From NCBI GenBank assembly GCA_964485195.1, contig CAZAIK010000001.1, forward strand, positions 62,001 through 126,000: DNA of 64,000 nt, given 5' to 3'. The position numbers and the translations under genes are program-made. The stretch comes from an uncultured Methanosarcinales archaeon. GTDB lineage: Archaea > Nanobdellota > Nanobdellia > Woesearchaeales > CAIVOO01. The notes beneath the pieces were generated by a model that had not been told where the DNA came from, did no database searches, and was given only the letters and a program-made list of their open reading frames with translations. Each line of letters starts with the position of its first letter. Within the stretch, counting starts at the first letter, position 1. Below, in pieces: positions 19,516 to 28,048 of this stretch.

Positions 19516-19873
19516 AAATTACGTAATGCTCATTCTCCCCTAGCCTCCGCATTTTTTGGGGATCCTGAAACTGTTCAAAATAAGGAGGGGTTAAGGACAA
19601 TATTCCCAGCTCATAGTAAGCGTCTTTGTCAAGCTTTCCCTCCTCAATCATATCCTCAATTATTGACTGGACTTCTGAAACATTGAACATCAGCTCTCTC
19701 AAATCTTCCTGTTTCATTAAGTGAGTTAAAAGCTTTCTTGTTTCCATGCAGAAGCTGTCTGCATTTACCAATGCCTGCTCTATGCCAACAACGACCCTTA
19801 CTCGGTCCTGCAGGACAAATTTCTTCTCCTCTTTTTTCCCATAACTTTTTCCTTTCCACGCGTTTTTAGCCAT
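19463..19873 (-). CDS. hypothetical protein (paralogue of adjacent gene)
   Basis: ATG 19873 coupled to upstream stop. Confidence 0.55.
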   Translation of the reverse strand: MAKNAWKGKSYGKKEEKKFVLQDRVRVVVGIEQALVNADSFCMETRKLLTHLMKQEDLRELMFNVSEVQSIIEDMIEEGKLDKDAYYELGILSLTPPYFEQFQDPQKMRRLGENEHYVISRSPDPSPSSKSNYHSS

Positions 19874-20246
19874 AATTACCTGTTGCTGTTTGTGTTGTTT
19901 TTGCTGGGATATAAGGTTTTCCAAAATCTTGCTGCGGCCTCATTACCATTCCATTGCCATAAGCGCTTTTGTCAAGTATTCCCCTGTCTTTCATATCCCC
20001 TAATATCTGAAGGAATTCTTCGTCATCCTCTAAAGTCTCATTGAACTGGGGGTATTGGCTCATTAAAGAAGCACTTACTGCTTTTATGGGAAGAAAATTA
20101 TCGCCAATTACTGCTAAAATCGCATCCTCTATATTGCCTGGTACAGGTTGCTTTGTTGGGGTCCTGATTTTGGTAAACCAGGCGTTTTCGCTGCTCATCC
20201 AAACTCCATTAGTGGTTACGAAGTTGCCACTTCTAAGTATATCCAA
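19866..20246 (-). CDS. hypothetical protein
   Basis: ORF downstream of BRE/TATA AAAAGCTTTATATA; start uncertain. Confidence 0.55.
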   Translation of the reverse strand: MDILRSGNFVTTNGVWMSSENAWFTKIRTPTKQPVPGNIEDAILAVIGDNFLPIKAVSASLMSQYPQFNETLEDDEEFLQILGDMKDRGILDKSAYGNGMVMRPQQDFGKPYIPAKTTQTATGNYG

Positions 20247-20324
20247 GTATATACCATATATAAAGCTTTTGTTTTTGAAATTGAATAAATTTTTATATTT
20301 CCTTTAAAAAACTATTTTTAAACC

Positions 20325-22160
20325 ATGGAAATAGATTACGCAAAATTCGGCCTCAAATGCGGAATTGAGATACATCAGCAGCTGAAAACAAAGAAATTGT
20401 TCTGCAACTGCCCTTCCACTCTAAGGGATGACGAGCCTCATTTTAAAGTAAACAGAAAGTTGAGAGCTGTTACAGGTGAAACAGGCGAGGTTGACATAGC
20501 TGCAGAATATGAAACCCAAAAGAAGAGAGAATTCGTCTATGAAGGCTTTTCTGATACCACCTGCCTAATAGAATTTGACGAGGCCCCTCCAAGGCCACTT
20601 GATACTGATGCCCTAACAGCAGCGCTGCAGCTTACTCTAATCCTACACTCAAAACCAATAGATGAGATTCAGGTTATGAGAAAAACAGTGGTTGACGGTT
20701 CTAACACCACTGGATTTCAAAGAACAGCCCTGGTTTCAAAAGACGGCTATATTGATACAAGCGAGGGGAAAGTTAGCATAGAAACAATATGCATTGAAGA
20801 AGAAGCAGCGAGGGTTATGAAAAAAGAAGGCAGCGTAGTCACATACAGGCTGGACAGGCTTGGCATACCCCTCATAGAGATAGCCACAGGCCCTGACATA
20901 AGAACACCCGAGCAGTGCAAAGAGGTCGCTGAGAAAATAGGCATGTGCCTTAGAAGCACCGGCAAGGTCAAAAGAGGTGTGGGAACAATAAGGCAGGACA
21001 TAAACGTATCCATCAGGGGAGGCAACAGGGTTGAGATTAAAGGTGTTCAGGAGCTGAAACTACTCCCGCAGATAGTTGAATTGGAAATCATAAGGCAGCT
21101 GAATTTGATTGAAATAAAAAACCTGCTTGAGGAAAGGAACGCTGTCAAGACAGATATGAAAATAAAGGATGTTTCAGGAATTTTCAAAAAAACTGAATGC
21201 GGGATTCTGAAAAAAGCCTTGGAAAAGGAAGACGGCATAGTGCTGGTAATGCCCGCCCTTTTTTTCAGAGGGCTGCTGAAAAAGGAGATACAAAAAGGCA
21301 AAAGACTGGGCGCGGAATTAGCAGACCACGCCAAACAATTCGGAGTTGGAGGGTTGTTTCATTCTGATGAAAATCTCTTTTCATATGGAATCACAAAAGA
21401 GGAGGTTATAGAGGTTGCCAAGAAGTTGGGGGTGGGCAAGGGAGACGCTTTCATACTAATCGCGGATGAGGAAGAAAAAGCAAGGAGCGCAATTGAAGCT
21501 GTGAGAAAAAGGACGCTGGCGTTCTTTGAAGGGGTGCCCAACGAAGTGAGAAATGTTATGCCCGACGGCACCACCGCTTACCTAAGGCCCATGCCGGGCT
21601 CTGCAAGGATGTACCCTGAAACAGATGTGGTTCCTGTAAAACCGGGCATGGACAACATAAGCCTCCCTGAGCTGATAAAGGAGAAAGCCAAAAGGTTTGA
21701 GAAGGAATATTCGCTGGGCTTGGACCTGGCAGAGCTGACAGCCTATTCGGAAAAAGCAGAGAAATTCGAGGAGTTCGTCAAAAAATTTGAAAACCTCAAG
21801 CCTTCTTTCATCGCAGAAACGTTTCTTACAGCTGAGAGAGCCTTAAGCAGAAAGCACGAGAAGAAAATTGAAATTCCTGATGAGGTTTTTGAAAAAATCT
21901 TTGAGGCGGTGGAAAAGGGAGAAATACTGAAAGAGGTCATACCGCAAATATTGCTTGAATATTCAGAAACAAAAAAACTGGACCTTGAAAAGCACAAAAT
22001 TTTAAGCGACAAGGAGCTGGAAGAGGAGATTAAGAGCATTGCAAAAGAATTCAAGGGATTAGAATTCAACCGGCTGAAAAGAGAAGTGATGTCAAGGCTG
22101 AAAGGCAAGGCAGACGCCAGGAAGATAATTGAGCTCCTCAACAGGTTCCAGAAAGTATAA
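20325..22160 (+). CDS. gatE: Glu-tRNA(Gln) amidotransferase subunit E
   Basis: GIEIHQQL, MRKTVVDGSNTTGFQRT, RPMPGSARMYPETD. Confidence 0.97.
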   Translation: MEIDYAKFGLKCGIEIHQQLKTKKLFCNCPSTLRDDEPHFKVNRKLRAVTGETGEVDIAAEYETQKKREFVYEGFSDTTCLIEFDEAPPRPLDTDALTAALQLTLILHSKPIDEIQVMRKTVVDGSNTTGFQRTALVSKDGYIDTSEGKVSIETICIEEEAARVMKKEGSVVTYRLDRLGIPLIEIATGPDIRTPEQCKEVAEKIGMCLRSTGKVKRGVGTIRQDINVSIRGGNRVEIKGVQELKLLPQIVELEIIRQLNLIEIKNLLEERNAVKTDMKIKDVSGIFKKTECGILKKALEKEDGIVLVMPALFFRGLLKKEIQKGKRLGAELADHAKQFGVGGLFHSDENLFSYGITKEEVIEVAKKLGVGKGDAFILIADEEEKARSAIEAVRKRTLAFFEGVPNEVRNVMPDGTTAYLRPMPGSARMYPETDVVPVKPGMDNISLPELIKEKAKRFEKEYSLGLDLAELTAYSEKAEKFEEFVKKFENLKPSFIAETFLTAERALSRKHEKKIEIPDEVFEKIFEAVEKGEILKEVIPQILLEYSETKKLDLEKHKILSDKELEEEIKSIAKEFKGLEFNRLKREVMSRLKGKADARKIIELLNRFQKV

Positions 22161-22161
22161 G

Positions 22162-22318
22162 CGGGCCCGGGGGGATTTTCTTTTCTTTGCATATTAGCAA
22201 ATGACATTCGAACCCCCGACCTACAGCTCTCTTCGCGTATTGCGTAGGAGGCTGCCGCCCTATTTGCACGAGCGCAGCGAGTGCTTTGCTGCTGCCCACC
22301 AGACTAGGCTACGGGCCC
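22162..22318 (-). tRNA. tRNA-Arg(CCT) with three introns (D-loop ~22262-22297; canonical 22229-22244; T-loop ~22176-22206)
   Basis: GGGCCCG/CGGGCCC acceptor, GCAGC-CT-CCT-A..A-GCTGT, GGGGGTTCGAA..TCCCCC. Confidence 0.88.
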
Positions 22319-22408
22319 GTATTCTAGAAATTAAAATGAAATGTTTTTAAGGGTTTCGCTATGATTTAAGGTTAAGATATAAATAAAAGAAAATAAAGAA
22401 AAAGAGAA

Positions 22409-22768
22409 TTATCTTCTCCTTTTCTTGGAAGTTTTTTTCTTTGATTTCTTTTTTGATTTTTTCTTTGCAGACTTCTTCTTGGTCTTCTTCTTGGAGGTCT
22501 TTTTCTTGGCGGTCTTCTTTTTCTTTGACTTGCCCTTTTTCTTCTTGCCTCCTCTTACCATCTTTGCTGCAGAAATGTCACCCTGCTTGTCAACAAAATA
22601 GAGGTATCCTGGTTCCTTTTTAACGCCCACCTTTGCAACCTTCTTGACCTTGCCGCCTTTCTTTCCGGCCCTGGCCATCTTTGCTGCAGAAATGTCACCT
22701 TTCTTGTCGACGAAGTAAAGCCATCCGTCCTCTTTTTCAACTCCTACTTTTGCTACTTTTTTTGCCAT
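22409..22768 (-). CDS. Cc1-like tandem-repeat chromatin protein with Lys-rich tail
   Basis: Duplicated KKVAKVGVxKExG(W/Y)LYFVDKxGDISAAKM unit plus ~45-aa K/S tail; AGGAGGT SD; family assignment from recall. Confidence 0.65.
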   Translation of the reverse strand: MAKKVAKVGVEKEDGWLYFVDKKGDISAAKMARAGKKGGKVKKVAKVGVKKEPGYLYFVDKQGDISAAKMVRGGKKKKGKSKKKKTAKKKTSKKKTKKKSAKKKSKKKSKKKTSKKRRR

Positions 22769-22959
22769 GTTTGACAACCTCCTTTTTTGAAAACTTTATG
22801 TCAGAAAATAAAAAACTCATTTATATACTTTTTTATTTTTCCGCCTGTTTTCTCTCGGAGAAGCGCACTAAAAATGGGGTTATTGCCCCGCCAGATGTGT
22901 TCACCACTTTATAAATATGAAACAAAAGGTTTAAATAGAAGCAAGGCGGATTTTCCTTC

Positions 22960-23592
22960 ATGATTAAGTTTATCTCGTCTGTAATATCCAAGGTTATGAA
23001 CGCCCTGTTCAAGGGCAGGAAGAAGATAAAGCTGGGACTTTACGGCCCGCCCAACGGAGGCAAGACTACCCTTGCGAACAGGATAGCCAAGGACTGGCTG
23101 GGGGAGGAGGTAGGAAATGTTTCTGCTGTCCCCCACGAGACCAGGGAAATAAAAATAAAGGAGCAGATAACTGTAAAATCCGGCAAAAAGGAACTTAATT
23201 TCAATCTTGTGGACACGCCGGGCATAGCCACCAAGATAGATTATGAAGATTTTCTGAAGCACGGGATGAAGGAAAAGGCAGCCAAAAAAAGGGCCAAAGA
23301 GGCAACCAGAGGAGTTATAGAGGCAATAAAATGGCTGGACAATGTTGACGCTGTAATAGTTGTTCTTGACTCTACCAAAGACCCCTTCTCGCAGGTGAAC
23401 CTTACAATAATAGGAAACCTTGCTGCAAGAGACATTCCCGTGATGATAGTTGGAAACAAAGTTGACCTGAAAAGGGCAAAGATTAAAAAGGTGGAAAACG
23501 CATTCCCTCAATATCCTGTGGTGGGAGTGTCTGCAAAGTATGGGACAAAAATGGATAAATTTTATGAAGGTTTATTTGCTGTGTTTAAATAG
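22960..23592 (+). CDS. Era-like GTPase (OapA-like)
   Basis: GPPNGGKTTLANRI, PHETR, DTPG, NKVD. Confidence 0.88.
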   Translation: MIKFISSVISKVMNALFKGRKKIKLGLYGPPNGGKTTLANRIAKDWLGEEVGNVSAVPHETREIKIKEQITVKSGKKELNFNLVDTPGIATKIDYEDFLKHGMKEKAAKKRAKEATRGVIEAIKWLDNVDAVIVVLDSTKDPFSQVNLTIIGNLAARDIPVMIVGNKVDLKRAKIKKVENAFPQYPVVGVSAKYGTKMDKFYEGLFAVFK

Positions 23593-23603
23593 AGGTTTAA
23601 AAA

Positions 23604-24008
23604 ATGCTAACACTTGAATTCGTGCCTTACTACGAAATTGCAGGAATGAGTTCGCTTGGCAGGATCAAGAAGCTTTTGAAGATAGCAAAGGAAAACAAGA
23701 TTGTGCTTCTGGAAGGCCGGCTCAAGAAGGAAGAGGAAACAGAACTTATAAAGACGACTATGGAGGAGATTAATGATGAATTCAAGGGGATAGAGCTTGC
23801 AATCATTTATCCTGCCAAAGGAGAAAGCAACTTAGTTTCCAAATTAAGGAATAATCTCGTTGACGTTCTGGCAGGCAACAGGCTGGGACTCACAATAATA
23901 GGTCCTGCTTCCATTGTCAAAGCAATAAAGAAAGATCCCACTAAAATCCAGCTGATTACCCAGGAACTGAAAAAGAAGAAATCGAAGAAGAAATCGAAGA
24001 AGAAGTAA
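23604..24008 (+). CDS. DUF2073 protein (OapB-like)
   Basis: IVLLEGRL..EEETELI, FKGIE, GLTIIGPA. Confidence 0.85.
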   Translation: MLTLEFVPYYEIAGMSSLGRIKKLLKIAKENKIVLLEGRLKKEEETELIKTTMEEINDEFKGIELAIIYPAKGESNLVSKLRNNLVDVLAGNRLGLTIIGPASIVKAIKKDPTKIQLITQELKKKKSKKKSKKK

Positions 24009-24011
24009 AAA

Positions 24012-24398
24012 ATGCCCCATAGATGCGTCAGATGCGGAACCCTGTATGATGACGGTTCCCAGGAAATTCTGAAGGGATGCTCGTGCGGAGCCCGCCTTTT
24101 CTTTTATGTTAAGCAGGATGCTTTGAAAAAATCAGAAGAGGTCACAAGAGAGTTAAGCAAATCAGAGAAAAAACAGCTTGAGAGGGACGTCCTGGACATA
24201 GCAGGGGAAGAGAGGATAAAGGAGGAACAGCCGATAATACTTGATTTTGAGTCCATAAAAGCGATAGAGCCGGGCAAGTTCGAGCTTGACCTTGTTCACC
24301 TGTTCAAGAAGGACCCCTTAATTTACAAAGTGGGAGATGGAAAGTACATAATTGACCTTCCCTCGGCATTCGGGGAGGAATCTGAGGAAGAGGATTAA
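24012..24398 (+). CDS. DUF2072 Zn-ribbon protein (OapC-like)
   Basis: MPHRCVRCG...ILKGCSCG...ESIKAIEPGKFELDL. Confidence 0.88.
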   Translation: MPHRCVRCGTLYDDGSQEILKGCSCGARLFFYVKQDALKKSEEVTRELSKSEKKQLERDVLDIAGEERIKEEQPIILDFESIKAIEPGKFELDLVHLFKKDPLIYKVGDGKYIIDLPSAFGEESEEED

Positions 24399-24530
24399 GG
24401 AAAAATGGATTTTCATATTTCTGTGTCCTCATTTATAGTAAAAAACAATTCTTTTGCTGATTATCAGACGTTATCCTGGTAATCTGGCTGGTGATTTTTG
24501 GTAAGCTGAAATTAAAAAAAAGTATTTTGA

Positions 24531-25724
24531 CTATTTACTGGTCATTATTTCTATAACATCCCCTCTCTTTAGAACGTGCTCCTTGCCTATTGTCCTTTTT
24601 GCCCTGACATCAATTGCCCTGATGAAGTTATTTCCCAGATCCGTGTGTATTTTATAAGCAAAGTCAAGGGCTGTGGAGCCTTCAGGCAGGAGGAAACAGT
24701 CCGGCAAGGTCCTCCCTTCAGAATCCTTCAGGTTATTAACACCGCCGGGAAATACATAAAGGTACTTTAACAGGTCAAACACTGCAGAGTTCATTATCTG
24801 CTGAACCCCTGTGGTTGCCCAAACATCCAGCACCTGCTTCCTGATAAAATCAAGAGCTTCCTTTTGCTTCTCTGTCATCTCCCCTATTACTTCAAAATCA
24901 GAATCTCCGGGAACATATTTTATAATTCCCTGCTTTGCCGCCTCTTTGAGCGCAAGCTCTGACTCTGCAGAGCAGCCTATTATCATATGATTCGGGAATT
25001 GCTGCTTTAATTTTTCAAGATTTTCCTTTGACACTGAAACATCTATCTTGTTGGCGGCTATTAACATCTTTTTCGTTTCCTTCCTGAATTCTGATGCAAG
25101 CTTTTTCAATTCATCCTCTGTCCATTCAGTGGGCTTGTCCTTGTTCAGTCCCATTTTTTTTATTATCCCTTCAACAAGGGACTCAGTGACGTTGAAAGCG
25201 GACAGCTGCACTGCAAGAGCTTTTTTTATCTCTTTGTTCTCCTGCTGGACCTGCCTGGCAAACTTCTCCCATCCCTTTTTCAGGATTTGAAAATACCACA
25301 TATCCAGCTCAAACTCCAGGAATTTTATGTCCTCCCCGGGGTCGTAACTTCCTGCAGGCACGGGCTCCCCCCTTTCGTTCGTGGAACCTGAACAGTCAAC
25401 CACGTGTATCAACACATCTGCCTGCCTCAAGTCATCAAGAAACTGGTTTCCCATCCCTTTCCCCCCATAAGCCCCAGGCACAATGCCTGCAACGTCCACA
25501 ACTTCAATAGGGACAAATCTTTTATGATTTAAGCAGAAACCGAATCTTGGCGTGCACTGCACATCAAAGAACTTGTCTGCACATTCCACCTTTACATGAC
25601 CAAAGCCCTTGTTGGGAGCGATGGTTGCGAAAGGATAGTTAGCTATAACAACCTCTGCCAAGGTCAATGCCTTGAAAAAAGTGGACTTTCCGCAGTTGGG
25701 CTTCCCCACGATTCCTATTTGCAT
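24531..25724 (-). CDS. ychF: YchF/Obg-family GTPase with TGS domain
   Basis: GKPNCGKSTFF, NYPFATI, DVAG, GMGNQFLDDL, IHTDL. Confidence 0.92.
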   Translation of the reverse strand: MQIGIVGKPNCGKSTFFKALTLAEVVIANYPFATIAPNKGFGHVKVECADKFFDVQCTPRFGFCLNHKRFVPIEVVDVAGIVPGAYGGKGMGNQFLDDLRQADVLIHVVDCSGSTNERGEPVPAGSYDPGEDIKFLEFELDMWYFQILKKGWEKFARQVQQENKEIKKALAVQLSAFNVTESLVEGIIKKMGLNKDKPTEWTEDELKKLASEFRKETKKMLIAANKIDVSVSKENLEKLKQQFPNHMIIGCSAESELALKEAAKQGIIKYVPGDSDFEVIGEMTEKQKEALDFIRKQVLDVWATTGVQQIMNSAVFDLLKYLYVFPGGVNNLKDSEGRTLPDCFLLPEGSTALDFAYKIHTDLGNNFIRAIDVRAKRTIGKEHVLKRGDVIEIMTSK

Positions 25725-25775
25725 GCTTGCACTAGTAACCTCAACATTTATAAAACTTCTTCAATAGCCTAATCC

Positions 25776-26453
25776 ATGCTAAAAGCAGATCTGCACCTGC
25801 ACACTGCCGAGGACCCGGAAGACAGAATCAGTTATACTGCCAAACAACTTATAGATCGCGCTTCCGTGCTGGGATTTGAGGTCATTTCAATTACAAACCA
25901 CAACCAGGTTTTACACAACAAGGAACTGGAGAATTACGCAAAGAAAAAGAACATGCTCCTCATCCCCGGGGCAGAAATTAATGTTGAGGGCGCGGATGTC
26001 CTGGTTTACAACATAACACATAGTGATGCTGCAAAGATTAAGAGGATTTCCGACCTGAGGAAGGTAAAAAAGAAAAAGAACACCTTAATAATTGCACCCC
26101 ATCCTTATTACGTGTACAAGAGTCTCGGGAAAAAACTGGAGAACAACATTAAACTATTCGATGCAGTGGAATACTGCCATTTTTACACGAAAATAACAAA
26201 CAGTTTCAATAACAAAGCAGCTAATATCGCTGCTGAAAACAACAAGCCCTTAATCGGGACTTCAGATGCCCACGAATTGTGGAAGCTAAACAGCACCTAC
26301 ACATTGATAGATTCCAAAAAAGATCCCAATTCTGTTATCAGGGCAATAAAGCAAAACAAGATTAAAGTTATAACCAGCCCCCTGGGAATCGCAGATTATA
26401 TAAAGGCTCTTGCTAAAAGCATATTTAAAGGGCTGCTAAAACAAAAAAAATAA
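25776..26453 (+). CDS. PHP-domain phosphoesterase
   Basis: DLHLHT, ITNHN, APHP, TSDAH. Confidence 0.9.
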   Translation: MLKADLHLHTAEDPEDRISYTAKQLIDRASVLGFEVISITNHNQVLHNKELENYAKKKNMLLIPGAEINVEGADVLVYNITHSDAAKIKRISDLRKVKKKKNTLIIAPHPYYVYKSLGKKLENNIKLFDAVEYCHFYTKITNSFNNKAANIAAENNKPLIGTSDAHELWKLNSTYTLIDSKKDPNSVIRAIKQNKIKVITSPLGIADYIKALAKSIFKGLLKQKK

Positions 26454-26478
26454 AAAAAGCAGGCTAAAAGAGGCATTT

Positions 26479-27075
26479 ATGGGAGAGAAAATAGGCATAA
26501 GCGGGCCAGACCCCTATTCTACATTAGGGATAAAATATGAGGATGTTTTTGATTTGAAGGAATTATACAAGGCCATAAGGGACTGGCTTATCTCAAATGA
26601 ATATGAAACTGTTAAATCATCTGAAAATATGGAGAAGTTCTATCTGGAAAAATTAAACCCCAACGGCGCAAAAGAGATGTGGGTTTGGTGGCGAAGCAGC
26701 AGGAAACCGCACAACAGCAAGTTTTTCAAGTACCATATGAATGTTGACTTTCACGTGCTGGGGCTGAAGGATGTGGAGATAATGCACCAGGGCCAGAAGA
26801 TAAAGGCCAACAAGGGGGAAGTTGAAGTCATAATTAACTGCGTGCTTGAGACAGAGGCAGAATTTGAAATAAAGAAAACCATCTTCGCCCCGATTGCGAA
26901 TCTTTTCAAGAAGAGGATTTACAAGAAGGAGATAGATGCGCACAAGGTAGACTTAAAGGGAGACTTAGTGAAACTTCAGGGCTTCGTAAAGGAATTCCTG
27001 GAGCTTAAGAGCTTTCTTCCAAAATCCGAGATGTTTTATCCTTCCAGGGGGATGGGCAGTAAAACAAGCGGATAG
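26479..27075 (+). CDS. hypothetical protein
   Basis: 198-aa ORF, host-like codon usage. Confidence 0.7.
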   Translation: MGEKIGISGPDPYSTLGIKYEDVFDLKELYKAIRDWLISNEYETVKSSENMEKFYLEKLNPNGAKEMWVWWRSSRKPHNSKFFKYHMNVDFHVLGLKDVEIMHQGQKIKANKGEVEVIINCVLETEAEFEIKKTIFAPIANLFKKRIYKKEIDAHKVDLKGDLVKLQGFVKEFLELKSFLPKSEMFYPSRGMGSKTSG

Positions 27076-27106
27076 GCAGAGAACCTGCTCCAGTTTTTGC
27101 AGGTAT

Positions 27107-27255
27107 GTAATGTCAAGTTAATTGTGGTGAATGCTGGCACTGCCTGGCGCAGTTGTCAATTAAAACTCCAGATTTTGAATAAATCGGGTTCAGAAGCGGT
27201 AAATTGGGCAGACGGAGCGCAGTGCCAGCGTAAAACACATAGCACTTGATATTGC
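27107..27255 (+). repeat. palindromic structured repeat, copy E1
   Basis: Nested inverted repeats 27107-27118/27244-27255 and 27131-27143/27219-27231; homologous to 42326-42418 and 46874-47078. Confidence 0.8.
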
Positions 27256-27302
27256 CAGGTATGGATAAGTTTTATAAACACTCTGCTTTTATTTTTGTTC
27301 AC

Positions 27303-27386
27303 GCCCCCGTGGCTTAGTAGTTATAGCGGCTGACTTGTACAGGTTAAGAAATCAGCAGGTCGTGGGTGCAACTCCCACCGGGGGCT
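27303..27386 (+). tRNA. tRNA-Thr(TGT) with 11-nt canonical intron (27340-27350)
   Basis: GCCCCCG/CGGGGGC acceptor, GCTGA/TCAGC anticodon stem; variant D/T loops. Confidence 0.88.
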
Positions 27387-27409
27387 TTTGAACTAAGTAA
27401 TTAAGCAGA

Positions 27410-28048
27410 ATGAAAATGATTTTGGTGTTTTTGGGCAAGCCCGGAAGCGGAAAGGGAACGCAGGCAAAATTTGTTTCTGAAAAACTGAAAATACCTGTGA
27501 TAACTATGGGGCAGATTCTGAGGAACATTGAAAAAGAAAACACTCCCCTTGCTCAGGAAGTAAAGGAAAGGATAGACCGGGGGGAGCTTGTTCCTGACAA
27601 GCTTGTTTTGGGGATCCTTAAGGAAAGACTACAAAAGGAGGACTGCAGAGATGGTTACATTCTTGACGGGTTTCCCAGAAACCTGAACCAGGCCAAGACA
27701 TTTGAAGCGAGAATAGAAATGGTTTTCTACATAAAAGTCTCTGATGAAGCTATAATCAGGAGATTGTCAAGCAGGAGGGAATGCCCTCAATGCGGCAGGG
27801 TTTACAACCTTATTACCAATCCGCCAGAAAAGGATGAGATTTGCGATTTCTGCGAAGTGGATCTGATAATCAGAGAGGACGACAAGCTTGAAACCATAAA
27901 GAAAAGGCTGGAGGTTTACAGGAAAGAAACTGAGGAGCTGATAGATTATTACAAACAAAAAGGATTGTTGGTTGATATAGACGGGGAAAAGCCCATAAAC
28001 CAGGTTTTTGAGGAAATTATGGGCTTGCTGAAAAAAGCTGCTTTATGA
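27410..28048 (+). CDS. adk: adenylate kinase (long type, Zn lid)
   Basis: GKPGSGKGTQA, ILDGFPRN, CPQC...CDFC lid. Confidence 0.95.
   Translation: MKMILVFLGKPGSGKGTQAKFVSEKLKIPVITMGQILRNIEKENTPLAQEVKERIDRGELVPDKLVLGILKERLQKEDCRDGYILDGFPRNLNQAKTFEARIEMVFYIKVSDEAIIRRLSSRRECPQCGRVYNLITNPPEKDEICDFCEVDLIIREDDKLETIKKRLEVYRKETEELIDYYKQKGLLVDIDGEKPINQVFEEIMGLLKKAAL

Noticed and set aside
22778..22959. Replication origin upstream of the oapA-like gene
   Set aside because: No ORB consensus or cdc6; explained by divergent TATA boxes
27107..27255. E1-E3 as SRP RNA, RNase P, hammerhead, C/D sRNA or CRISPR repeats
   Set aside because: No SRP helix-8, CUGANGA/GAAA or C/D boxes found by eye; copies are dispersed, not regularly spaced
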